The translations under genes were made by a program, and so were the position numbers. A stretch of 63,950 nt of DNA, counting the filler, from Vicugna vicugna (Eukaryota), in assembly GCA_013265495.1 (NCBI GenBank). It is 73 parts of 73 records of this genome, joined end to end, with 100 filler letters (N's around TTAATTAATTAA, not from the genome) between each part and the next. Parts side by side here need not be neighbours in the genome. Positions count along the whole stretch, not along the records: positions 1 to 780 come from MU061832.1; positions 881 to 1,721 come from MU061833.1; positions 1,822 to 2,309 come from PNXW01021235.1; positions 2,410 to 2,958 come from MU061834.1; positions 3,059 to 3,492 come from PNXW01021239.1; positions 3,593 to 4,015 come from MU061835.1; positions 4,116 to 4,971 come from MU061836.1; positions 5,072 to 5,986 come from PNXW01021246.1; 65 more parts are not named here. One strand, given 5' to 3'. Below the pieces are notes generated by a model. The model was not told the DNA's origin. It saw nothing but the letters and a program-made list of their open reading frames with translations, and did not search any database. Positions within the stretch are counted from its first letter, which is position 1. The number at the start of each line of letters is the position of its first letter. Positions 1 to 10,834 of this stretch are shown here, in pieces.

Positions 1-72
1 CTGATGCCATTCAGGACGTAGGGAAGTAACCTTTCACACAGCCAGGGTGACCCGGCCTTCAGGTTGACTTGC

Positions 73-645
73 CTGCTGTCTGTGTCCAGTCCCACGAAGT
101 CCTCCTTCTCAAACAGGATGTAGAGGAGGGGGGTCTTCTCCCCAGGCTTTTCGGGGGCCCCATTCAGCCACTTGGACTTGGGCAAAATGAAGAGTGAGTC
201 AGTGAAGTCCTCGATCATCTTCTCCACCACCCTGCAGTCCTCGTACTTTGAAGGTCACGTCGGCGCACAGCTACTTGGCCACCTCCCCATACAGCACAAA
301 GACAAAGAGCTGAGAGTCATAGAGCGTGGTGCCATACAGCTCCTCTGTGCGTGGAGATTCTAGAAGACCTTGGCCAAGAGGCAGTCAGGAATGGTGACAA
401 GGCCCACTACATTGCAGTGGGTCTGGAAGCCACTCCATCCATTCTTGGGCCCATAGTGATACCTATAGTAGATAGAGAGTGCCCACTGGGAGCCGCACGG
501 GCTGATCTGGCTCACCAAGGAGATTCCATTATAAATGAAAAAGAAATTCTCCTCTAAGATGATCCCCACTGGTTGGACCACAACGGGGAGAGTCTGGTGG
601 TCCTCAGCACACTGCACGTAGTCAGGGGCGCTCATGTTGCAGGCC
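73..645 (-). pseudogene. TRAPPC9: Decayed unprocessed copy of the TRAPPC9 (NIBP) first coding exon
   Basis: Minus-strand translation from the ATG at 635 reads [32 protein letters not shown]..., then after frameshifts [35 protein letters not shown] and [19 protein letters not shown]. These match the TRAPPC9 N-terminus ([32 protein letters not shown]...[14 protein letters not shown]). There is an in-frame TAG at 360-362, a second TAG in EVAK*, and several indels. Acceptor CTCCCCTCTCGGCAG| lies 10 nt before the ATG; donor CAG|GCAAGT at 73/72. Confidence 0.92.
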
Positions 646-780
646 CTGCCGAGAGGGGAGAGTAAACCGATGTACATACTGTGCTGTGGGCTGCGGACCT
701 CACTGTGTTGAGGCGACTTGGTTTGCACCAGCCAGAGGCAAGGGAAGCCCAAGCAAATCAGGGGTAAGTTTGCCCTCAGC

Positions 781-880
781 NNNNNNNNNNNNNNNNNNNN
801 NNNNNNNNNNNNNNNNNNNNNNNNTTAATTAATTAANNNNNNNNNNNNNNNNNNNNNNNNNNNNNNNNNNNNNNNNNNNN
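781..880. other. Artificial 100-bp scaffold-concatenation linker (first of about 72; last at about 63644-63743)
   Basis: 44 N + TTAATTAATTAA (825-836) + 44 N. The same structure recurs throughout the window between unrelated sequences. The 12-mer is palindromic and puts TAA in all six frames. Confidence 0.98.
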
Positions 881-1721
881 GTCTTTGATCCATCTTGAGT
901 TGATTTTTGTGTATGGTGTAAGGGACTGTTCTAGCTTAATTGCTTTACATGCTGCTGTTCAGTTTTCCCAACACCATTTACTAAAGAGACTGTCTTTATT
1001 CCATTGTATATTCTTGCCTCCTTTGTCAAAGATGAGTTGACCAGAAGTTTGTGGGTTCATTTCTGGGCTCTCTATTCTGTTCCATTGGTCCATATGTCTT
1101 TTTTTGTACCANNNNNNNNNNNNNNNNNNNNNNNNNNNNNNNNNNNNNNNNNNNNNNNNNNNNNNNNNNNNNNNNNNNNNNNNNNNNNNNNNNNNNNNNN
1201 NNNNNNNNNNNNNNNNNNNNNNNNNNNNNNNNNNNNNNNNNNNNNNNNNNNNNNNNNNNNNNNNNNNNNNNNNNNNNNNNNNNNNNNNNNNNNNNNNNNN
1301 NNNNNNNNNNNNNNNNNNNNNNNNNNNNNNNNNNNNNNNNNNNNNNNNNNNNNNNNNNNNNNNNNNNNNNNNNNNNNNNNNNNNNNNNNNNNNNNNNNNN
1401 NNNNNNNNNNNNNNNNNNNNNNNNNNNNNNNNNNNNNNNNNNNNNNNNNNNNNNNNNNNNNNNNNNNNNNNNNNNNNNNNNNNNNNNNNNNNNNNNNNNN
1501 NNNNNNNNNNNNNNNNNNNNNNNNNNNNNNGATTCATCATTAAAGAAATACAACTGATTTTTTTACGTTAATATTGTAACCTGCTACCTTGCTGAATTCT
1601 TTGATCAGCTCTAGTAGTTTTTGTGTGGGTCTTTTAGGATATTCTATATATAATAACATGTCATTGGCATATAGCAACACTTTTACCTCTTCTTTTCCAG
1701 TTTGTGTCCCTTTTATTTCTC
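881..1721 (-). mobile_element. LINE-1 ORF2 fragment (post-RT region), gapped
   Basis: Minus-strand peptide [50 protein letters not shown] is a hallmark L1 ORF2 C-terminal segment. Confidence 0.95.
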
Positions 1722-3592
1722 NNNNNNNNNNNNNNNNNNNNNNNNNNNNNNNNNNNNNNNNNNNNTTAATTAATTAANNNNNNNNNNNNNNNNNNNNNNN
1801 NNNNNNNNNNNNNNNNNNNNNGCAGGCCCCCTTGCCAGGGTCTAAGGCGAGAAGCCCTAAGGAAAGATCTGAGGTGGCTTTAAGGTATCCTCATTCCCAT
1901 TAATTAAAAAAAAAAAGCTTACCACAGGCGTGCGTGGGAAGGTTTTATTATAACAAGGGAAGGCACTTGCCAAGGTCTGGCCATAGAGGGCTGGTGGGTT
2001 TGCCAGGTTGATGAGGAACCGAGAGGCCGTTAGCCTCCCCTGGGCCTAAACACTGCCTGAATTCCTCCAGGTGACACGTAAATGCAGTGAGACGTGGAAC
2101 CCTCTCAAGTTGTTAAAATATTCATGGTGAGCCATTCATCTCTCTCCTCATTCTTGGCTATGAAAGCACGATAAACACAGGTGGGAATCTCCTCAGCCTG
2201 TTAAGGTGGGAATCAGCCTGTTGGTTGGTTCATTGTCCATCTGGCACCCCCTCTTGTAGGAGCTTTTATCACATCACCCAGGGCTGACCCATCTCAGGAT
2301 TACAGCTGANNNNNNNNNNNNNNNNNNNNNNNNNNNNNNNNNNNNNNNNNNNNTTAATTAATTAANNNNNNNNNNNNNNNNNNNNNNNNNNNNNNNNNNN
2401 NNNNNNNNNTTCACATGAATTGCTCAGTACCAATTTAGGAAATATATCCTTCTCTTTGATTGGTAAAACTAGTTCATTGACAACCAGATTCAACCAAATT
2501 TATTGCTAAATAATATACCTATTTCCATCAGGAATTGCTTTTGAGTAATTTGAGATAAGTATTTCCTGTAACTGATCTATTTCTTTTCACAGAGAAAAAT
2601 AGTATTATTTGCACATGAGCTACTTTTTCTCCTCTGGAAAAATCTGACTGTGAGCTCAGGGTAAGAGTACTCTACTGCACAGTAGGGGAAAAAAAAAGAT
2701 TGATTTCACAGCGAAGATCAGAATCTTGTTTTTTTTGAGNNNNNNNNNNNNNNNNNNNNNNNNNNNNNNNNNNNNNNNNNNNNNNNNNNNNNNNNNNNNN
2801 NNNNNNNNNNNNNNNNNNNNNNNNNNNNNNNNNNNNNNNNNNGGAAGGACACCACCCAAAGGTGTTCACTCTGCAAAAACAGAAAGAAAGAAAGAAAAAA
2901 TAATTTAAGTGCTCTATAAAGAGAATGGACAGAAACTTGGTAATAAGGGAGAGAGAAGNNNNNNNNNNNNNNNNNNNNNNNNNNNNNNNNNNNNNNNNNN
3001 NNTTAATTAATTAANNNNNNNNNNNNNNNNNNNNNNNNNNNNNNNNNNNNNNNNNNNNAAAATAAGTTGGCTTTATATAACTACTTTTTAAATAAATGTT
3101 TAAATTTTGGGTTTTTTTAATCATTTGTTTCTTAAAAATAGGATATTAATTACACAATATGTATTTTCCTTCAAGTTCATACTTTTTTCCCAAAACTATC
3201 TTGACTTGTTTAGATAAGTTAACCCATAGTCTGATTTATTTTAAACACTCAGAATGTTCTTATGTATGTTGCTTTATTAGAGAGCAAGAATTTCTTATTA
3301 TTTTTAATAAAATATACTTGCAGGAAACTATACTGGGATTCTTTCATTCACAGAGTCAAGCAATGATTCCTGTTTTGTTAGATCAGGTGTCTAGTCCTCT
3401 CAACTTCCAAAAGATTACATGGACAAAGTTAAAAACGCCATTAATATTCGACTAAGAAAGTTTATTGTGTTCCTTGATTAAAAGTATAAATANNNNNNNN
3501 NNNNNNNNNNNNNNNNNNNNNNNNNNNNNNNNNNNNTTAATTAATTAANNNNNNNNNNNNNNNNNNNNNNNNNNNNNNNNNNNNNNNNNNNN

Positions 3593-4015
3593 AGCTTAGG
3601 CATTCCGTTAGAACCCACGCGCTGCAGACCGTTGGTATAACCAACCCACTGTCAGGATCCCGGAACCATTGCCAGTGCGTGGGGGAGTTCGAGAGACAAC
3701 TCCACGCAGCTCTCTTCGTTCACAGGTGTTCCCTGTTCGGGGAAGCCCGAGAAATAACTTCCCTGAACTTGGGGAGGCTGCCTCGGTCACTTGGATATCC
3801 TGCAATCACCCCTAGAATTCCNNNNNNNNNNNNNNNNNNNNNNNNNNNNNNNNNNNNNNNNNNNNNNNNNNNNNNNNNNNNNNNNNNNNNNNNNNNNNNN
3901 NNNNNNNNNNNNNNNNNNNNNNNNNNNNNNNNNNNNNNNGCGTTGGGGAAGAGACATCTCCAAGCAGGTGTCTTCAGTCACTGGTGTTCCTTGTTCGGGG
4001 AAGTCCGAGAAATAA
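3593..4015 (+). repeat. Satellite A (266-267-bp monomer) fragment
   Basis: Contains cattccgttagaacccacgcgctg...ggattccggaaccattgtcagtgcgtgggggag...tcacaggtgttccctgttcggggaag, shared with nine other scaffolds. Confidence 0.93.
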
Positions 4016-4115
4016 NNNNNNNNNNNNNNNNNNNNNNNNNNNNNNNNNNNNNNNNNNNNTTAATTAATTAANNNNNNNNNNNNNNNNNNNNNNNNNNNNN
4101 NNNNNNNNNNNNNNN

Positions 4116-4971
4116 CAAATGGAAACTCCAAAAAAGCAAGTGTAGCGGTTCTGATTTCAGACAAAATAGACTTTAGAAGAAGGGCCATAAAGAAAGATAA
4201 ATAAAGGCATTTTATAATGATTAAAGGAGCAATACAAGATGAGGATATTACAACCATTAATATATATGCATCCAACATGAACACCTAAGTACTTAAAACA
4301 ACTACTAACAGAGATAAACGGGGAAATTGATGGGAATACAATCATTGTCAGAAGTTTTAACACCACATTAACATCACTAGACAGATCTTCCACACAAAAA
4401 ATAAATAAGGCAACAGAGAAATTAAATGATACAATAGAAAAATTAGATTTAGTGGNNNNNNNNNNNNNNNNNNNNNNNNNNNNNNNNNNNNNNNNNNNNN
4501 NNNNNNNNNNNNNNNNNNNNNNNNNNNNNNNNNNNNNNNNNNNNNNNNNNNNNNNNNNNNNNNNNNNNNNNNNNNNNNNNNNNNNNNNNNNNNNNNNNNN
4601 NNNNNNNNNNNNNNNNNNNNNNNNNNNNNNNNNNNNNNNNNNNNNNNNNNNNNNNNNNNNNNNNNNNNNNNNNNNNNNNNNNNNNNNNNNNNNNNNNNNN
4701 NNNNNNNNNNNNNNNNNNNNNNNNNNNNNNNNNNNNNNNNNNNNNNNNNNNNNNNNNNNNNNNNNNNNNNNNNNNNNNNNNNNNNNNNNNNNNNNNNNNN
4801 NNNNNNNNNNNNNNNNNNNNNNNNNNNNNNNNNNNNNNNNNNNNNNNNNNNNNNNNNNNNNNNNNNNNNNNNNNNNNNNNNNNNNNNNNNAGAAACAGAA
4901 AAAACATTCAAAACTCAGCAGAAGGTAGGAAATAATTAAGATCTGGGAGGAAATAAATAAAATAGAGATTA
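4116..4971 (+). mobile_element. LINE-1 ORF2 endonuclease-region fragment
   Basis: caaatggaaac...aaagcaagtgtagcggttctgatttcagacaaaatagacttt encodes ANGN..KKA.VA.LISDKIDF; also GNTIIV..FNTTLTSLDRS. Contains stops. Confidence 0.93.
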
Positions 4972-5279
4972 NNNNNNNNNNNNNNNNNNNNNNNNNNNNN
5001 NNNNNNNNNNNNNNNTTAATTAATTAANNNNNNNNNNNNNNNNNNNNNNNNNNNNNNNNNNNNNNNNNNNNCTTTTCACTATCCCATTGTCCCTGAAGGC
5101 TCTTTCGTATCTTCTGTTCATGACTCCAGTAAGTCTTCCTCCTCGTTCCTCAGCTGGTAAGTTTACTTTTCTACTTTGACAAAGCAAACGGAAGCCAACA
5201 GAAGAGAACTTTCACCAGCAACTCCCAGCACATCCGCTCGCCTTCTGATGTCTGTGACCTCACTCTCGCTGCCCCACCT

Positions 5280-5986
5280 CTTATTACAGGTGACATCGAA
5301 AGCCAGATCATCCAAAAGTCGCCATGGGGCCCATCCATCCAATCTTCTCCAGGCTGTCACTCCCACATCCATCCTCTCTGTCACTACCTCATCTATTTTG
5401 TTCTCCTGCTAGTTGTCTCCTATCAGTATATAAAAGTCCATCCTCTTAAAAGAAACGAACAACACTCCTTGACCCAAATTCGCCCCCACCAATTGCCACC
5501 CCATGTTTTTGTAGCAAATCTGTAATGGGTATTTTATTTTATTTTTTATTTTTTTAACATTTTTATTTATTCATAATCATTTTACAGTGTTGTGTCAAAT
5601 TCCAGTGTTCAGTACAATTTTTCAGTCATACATGGACATATACACACTCATTGTCACATTTTTTTCTCTGTGATTTATCATAACATTTTGTGTATATTTC
5701 CCTGTGCTATACAGTGTAATCTTGTTTATCTATTCTACAATTTTGAAATCCCAGTCTATCCCTTCCCACCCTCTACAGAGAATACAGACTTGTGGTTACT
5801 GGGGTGGGGGGCGGGGTAGAGGGTGGGAAGGGATGTAATGGGTATTTTAAACTCATTGTCTGCATATTCTCTTGAGCCATCCCCTTTTGCACCCAGTCTG
5901 GCTTTTCCCCTGATCCCTTGCTCTATGGAAACTGCTCTGTGAAGGCCATCAGTGACCCCATGTTGCTAAATATAGTGGTCAGTTTT
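5280..5986. mobile_element. Ancient LINE-2 fragment, interrupted by a young L1 at 5537-5833
   Basis: L2-like phrases ctctatggaaactgctctgtgaaggccatcagtgaccccatgttgctaaat and ctcttaaaagaaac...ctccttgaccc. Boundaries approximate. Confidence 0.6.
5537..5833 (-). mobile_element. 5'-truncated L1 3' end with 5' inversion (twin priming) and target-site duplication
   Basis: T-rich tail from 5537, antisense L1 3'UTR to about 5776, then a sense-oriented L1 piece to 5833. TSD TGTAATGGGTATTTT(A) at 5521-5536 and 5834-5849; endonuclease-type TTTT/AA site at 5845-5850. Confidence 0.9.
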
Positions 5987-6086
5987 NNNNNNNNNNNNNN
6001 NNNNNNNNNNNNNNNNNNNNNNNNNNNNNNTTAATTAATTAANNNNNNNNNNNNNNNNNNNNNNNNNNNNNNNNNNNNNNNNNNNN

Positions 6087-6562
6087 AGAAGTGTTCTGGT
6101 ATTCTGTGTGTGGGGAGGTTTCTCAAACTGACAGCAGCCCCTAGGTTCTATTTGTATCCCTTAGCTTTTGTTCCCTGAGTGTTAATTTAGGCCAGGCCAT
6201 GAGGGAAAGCTGGGGGTTGGTCTTGGAGGCCACGTAGCAGTGAGTGCACACTCATCCATTGAGGAAGTACTTTGAGGAATTCTCCTCAAACGGAACACCT
6301 TTTCCTCCATTCATCTGGGTGCAGTGGGGCTGCACAATGCACATCTCTCCCACACCTAAAAAATTTTCTGGAATTCTGAGTGCAGGGAAGTTCCTCCAAC
6401 TGACAGCAGCGCCTGGGTTCTAATTGAATCCCTTTGCTTTTCTTCCCTGATGGAAAGACTAGGCGTGATTGCGGGGGACAGTGTGGTTTGGGCTCGGAAA
6501 ACAAGTATTTGCGATGCCTTCTCTATGGTTTGTGGAGGTGTTTAAACTACATCCCTAACCTG
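6087..6562 (+). repeat. Satellite D (~263-265-bp diverged monomers, higher-order repeat)
   Basis: Two diverged monomers (tggggaggtttctcaaactgacagcagc and gggaagttcctccaactgacagcagcgcctggg), in the same order as in 48646-49543. Confidence 0.88.
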
Positions 6563-7631
6563 NNNNNNNNNNNNNNNNNNNNNNNNNNNNNNNNNNNNNN
6601 NNNNNNTTAATTAATTAANNNNNNNNNNNNNNNNNNNNNNNNNNNNNNNNNNNNNNNNNNNNAGAAAAGATTCTCAGAGATTGTGCCTCGGAGGTACCTA
6701 GTTTTTCCATTCCTGAAACCCACATATTTATACCACCCTCTGGGTAGGCATTATTGAGAGATCTGGAAATATTTTTCAAGGAACTCCAAATAGTTACAGG
6801 GAAGATTATTACAGGGCATCTTGACTCAGCAGGAGCCAGGACAAGATGGCTTCCAGAGAGAAGTTCTGCAGACATTCCCTCCCAGCCCCACCTCCCACCA
6901 CCCACTCCCCATCCCTGTGATTTACAGAGACACCAGGAACCTTCTGGGGAGAGGCCCAGGGCAGGAAGAGCGTTTCCATAAAGGAAGGGAGGCAGACCCC
7001 ACATCATGGGAGGAGGTCAGAGGGGAGGGTGGTTTCAACACTGTGTGGTAGCTGCTGTCCAGGCTGGAGCAGAGACGGGGATATTGGCCCCCAAAGAAAG
7101 TCAGCCAGTCGAGGGCTCTGTNNNNNNNNNNNNNNNNNNNNNNNNNNNNNNNNNNNNNNNNNNNNTTAATTAATTAANNNNNNNNNNNNNNNNNNNNNNN
7201 NNNNNNNNNNNNNNNNNNNNNCTTATTTTTTATTTAACTTTATTTACATTCAAAATGCAACTGTTGGGGATCTCAGAAGATGATTTACACTCACTGCTAT
7301 GGCAGAATGTTGCGGTTAATAGACCCACCACTGGATCGTCTTATTCAACACGTTCTTCCAATAATTCAGATTTTACTGTATCACAAATGCCCATTTCTAT
7401 ATTTGGATATCTGCTTTCCAGTATAATTATCTTCCTTCTTTATTCTCTAAATCTTATGATTTTAAAACATATTTCTGAGAAGTGTTCCACAGGCACTTTA
7501 CATATGATAATTTGATAAAGAGATCCTGGAGATCAAAACCACATTTAAATCCTGAGATAAACTCAACTGTGTCATATACATGGCTAGGTTTAGTCTGCTT
7601 ATTTGTTACTTTGTTTAGTTAATTTTTGTTT

Positions 7632-7810
7632 CAAACAAGATCCTTCTGTATAGCACAGGGAACTACACTCAATAACTTTTAATAGCCTTTAGTGGAAAAG
7701 TATATGACAAGGAATATATATATATATATATGAATCACTATGCTGTACAGCAAGAATTAACACAATATTGTAAACCAACTATACTTTCAACAAAAAAAGT
7801 TGAAATAAAA
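7632..7810 (+). mobile_element. L1 3' end (artiodactyl-type) with A-rich tail
   Basis: aacaagatccttctgtatagcacagggaactacactcaata...gaatcactatgctgtacagcaagaattaacacaatattgtaaaccaactatacttt followed by an A-tail. Confidence 0.85.
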
Positions 7811-8230
7811 TTGAGAGATGAAACTTCAACTGCCCAGGCTGCTGTCAGGATGAAATGATTCAAAGCAGGCCAGGTATTAGCAACCCCCCTGACACATCAA
7901 AACCCCATGGGGGATCTTCCTTTTGAGCAGCCTTTTGAGCAGCACTGGCTAAACGGCTGTGGTCACCTGTAAATAGGGTTGAAGTCACTTAGACCCTTGG
8001 CTTGGGATCACCGTGGCCACAGGGGTGGGGGTCACTGCAGCACCTACGAGAATGACTGGGCCAGCCTGCTGCTGAAGCCGCTCCACAGGCCGCAGCCCAG
8101 AGCGCTGCAGGCAGGTCTGAGGTCCGGCCGNNNNNNNNNNNNNNNNNNNNNNNNNNNNNNNNNNNNNNNNNNNNTTAATTAATTAANNNNNNNNNNNNNN
8201 NNNNNNNNNNNNNNNNNNNNNNNNNNNNNN

Positions 8231-9326
8231 AGAATATGGAAAACAGAATACAAAACCTAGAATTGAGAACATGGACTTCAGAACAAATAATTAACATTGT
8301 ACAATACAGAATACTGAATATAGAATTTTGAATATACAATGTAGAACACAGAATTTAGATATATAATAAAGAATACTGAATATAGAATTGAGAATATAGA
8401 ATGTAGAACACAGAATATATAATTGAGAATAGAGAACACAGAATTAAGATCATGGAATGCAGAACACAGANNNNNNNNNNNNNNNNNNNNNNNNNNNNNN
8501 NNNNNNNNNNNNNNNNNNNNNNNNNNNNNNNNNNNNNNNNNNNNNNNNNNNNNNNNNNNNNNNNNNNNNNNNNNNNNNNNNNNNNNNNNNNNNNNNNNNN
8601 NNNNNNNNNNNNNNNNNNNNNNNNNNNNNNNNNNNNNNNNNNNNNNNNNNNNNNNNNNNNNNNNNNNNNNNNNNNNNNNNNNNNNNNNNNNNNNNNNNNN
8701 NNNNNNNNNNNNNNNNNNNNNNNNNNNNNNNNNNNNNNNNNNNNNNNNNNNNNNNNNNNNNNNNNNNNNNNNNNNNNNNNNNNNNNNNNNNNNNNNNNNN
8801 NNNNNNNNNNNNNNNNNNNNNNNNNNNNNNGAATATAGAATATAGAATACAGAATACAGAACCCAGAATTTAGAACATGGAATTCAGAACACAAAATATA
8901 GAATAGAGAATAGAGAATATACATCCCAGAATATAGAAATAGAATGCAGAATAAAGAATTTTGAATACAGAATACAGAAAACTGAATAAAGATTTTAGAA
9001 TATAGAATGTAGAACACAGAATATAGAATATAGAATAGGGAATGCAGAATATATTATGTAGAATATAGAATGAAGAACACAAGTATAGGATATAGAATAG
9101 TGAATATAGAACCCAGAACTTAAACACGGAATGCAGAACACAGAATATATAATATAGAATACATAATACTGAATATAGAATTTAGAACATAGAATGCAGA
9201 ACACAGAATTTAGAATATAGAATGTAGAAAACTGAATAGAGTATTTAGAATATAGAATGAAGAACACAGAATAAGCAGAAGACAGAATTTAGAATATAGA
9301 ATGAAGAAAACTGAATAGAGTATTAA
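8231..9326 (+). repeat. Satellite E: AT-rich heptamer-derived (TATAGAA/TACAGAA/CACAGAA) satellite
   Basis: Continuous 7-bp-period NNNNGAA units; same motif set as 37414, 56183, 57703 and 63202. Confidence 0.93.
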
Positions 9327-9426
9327 NNNNNNNNNNNNNNNNNNNNNNNNNNNNNNNNNNNNNNNNNNNNTTAATTAATTAANNNNNNNNNNNNNNNNNN
9401 NNNNNNNNNNNNNNNNNNNNNNNNNN

Positions 9427-9790
9427 CCATGTTTAGTTGTTCTGTCCATTTTTGTATTTGGTTGTTTATTTATTTCTTATTCAGTTGGATGAACGATTTA
9501 TATAGTCTAGAAATTAAGCCATGGTCAGTCTCATCTTTTGCAAATATTTTCTCTCATTCAATAGGTTGTCTTTTTGTTTTACTTATGGTTTCTATTGCTG
9601 TGCAAAAGTTTATAAGTTTAATTAGGTCTCATTTATTTATATTGGCTTTTATATCTGTTGCTTGGGTTGCTTAGATTGCCCTAGGAAATCATTGCTGAGA
9701 TNNNNNNNNNNNNNNNNNNNNGTTTCCTTGTGAGAAGTTTATAGTGTCTTGTCTAATATTTAAGTCTTTAAGCCATTTTGAGTTTCTTTC
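9427..9790 (-). mobile_element. LINE-1 ORF2 3' fragment
   Basis: tttgcaaatattttctctcattcaataggttgtctttttgttttacttatggtttc...gctgtgcaaaag...agtttaattaggtctcatt is typical antisense L1. Confidence 0.88.
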
Positions 9791-10058
9791 TTTTTGGTTT
9801 TTTTGTGACTATGTATGCTTTTGCTGTGTGGTTACTTTATTCTTTAAATATATCAATATATTACTATATCTATTTCCTTTAGACTGATAATCTAACGTAG
9901 ACTGATAATGGAGACGTAGGCTCCAACACATCCTAAGAATAACGAAGAAATAAAAGAANNNNNNNNNNNNNNNNNNNNNNNNNNNNNNNNNNNNNNNNNN
10001 NNTTAATTAATTAANNNNNNNNNNNNNNNNNNNNNNNNNNNNNNNNNNNNNNNNNNNN

Positions 10059-10834
10059 GCATGTTTGTCAAATCCGTCATGTATGTAGCATGTAAGGAAA
10101 ACGCAATATCATGTAAATGGAATCTATTAAAATTACATATCTCTAGGGTAGAATTCGCTCCAAGAGGGTTTTATTGGGATCAAAGTGTGATTCTTGAAAC
10201 TGGTGATAGGCAGAAACTACAAAGCCAAAATAAATATATAAAGTGCATAGGTAACTAGTTTGGTGTTTGAAATTTCACTCAGGCGCATGTTCACAACTCA
10301 GAAATTCAAGTTTGAGGAATCCGTGATGCATGAATCATGTTCATAATACGGAATGCCATGGTTATGTAAACAATGTAAATTACATGTGTATTGGTGAGAA
10401 TTCNNNNNNNNNNNNNNNNNNNNNNNNNNNNNNNNNNNNNNNNNNNNNNNNNNNNNNNNNNNNNNNNNNNNNNNNNNNNNNNNNNNNNNNNNNNNNNNNN
10501 NNNNNNNNNNNNNNNNNNNNNNNNNNNNNNNNNNNNNNNNNNNNNNNNNNNNNNNNNNNNNNNNNNNNNNNNNNNNNNNNNNNNNNNNNNNNNNNNNNNN
10601 NNNNNNNNNNNNNNNNNNNNNNNNNNNNNNNNNNNNNNNNNNNNNNNNNNNNNNNNNNNNNNNNNNNNNNNNNNNNNNNNNNNNNNTAGGGAAAGCTTGT
10701 TAAAATGTGTACACGTGTCTAGATGAAATTATTCCTTTTATAGAGGATGAAAGATTAGTAATCCAGATACCCTCAACTCAGGAAAGCATGTTTGTCGACT
10801 CCGTCATGTATGTAACATGTACGGAACACGGAAT
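10059..10834 (+). repeat. Satellite C (~247-bp monomers, higher-order repeat)
   Basis: gaattc landmarks at 10151 and 10398 are 247 bp apart; monomer order c-a-b-(gap)-c. Confidence 0.9.

Noticed and set aside
360..752. 130-aa ORF as a functional TRAPPC9 CDS
   Set aside because: Premature stop, downstream frameshifts and many substitutions at conserved residues; the N-terminal extension lies upstream of the splice acceptor.
825..836. Recurrent TTAATTAATTAA as a CRISPR-like repeat, PacI-site array or regulatory motif
   Set aside because: It is always embedded in 44+44 N, so it is a synthetic linker. The intervening pieces are 0.2-1.5-kb mammalian repeats, and there are no cas genes.
6832..6853. 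GGAGCCAGGACAAGATGGC as an L1 5'UTR start or YY1 site
   Set aside because: Only a short motif; I could not match the downstream sequence to an L1 5'UTR with confidence.
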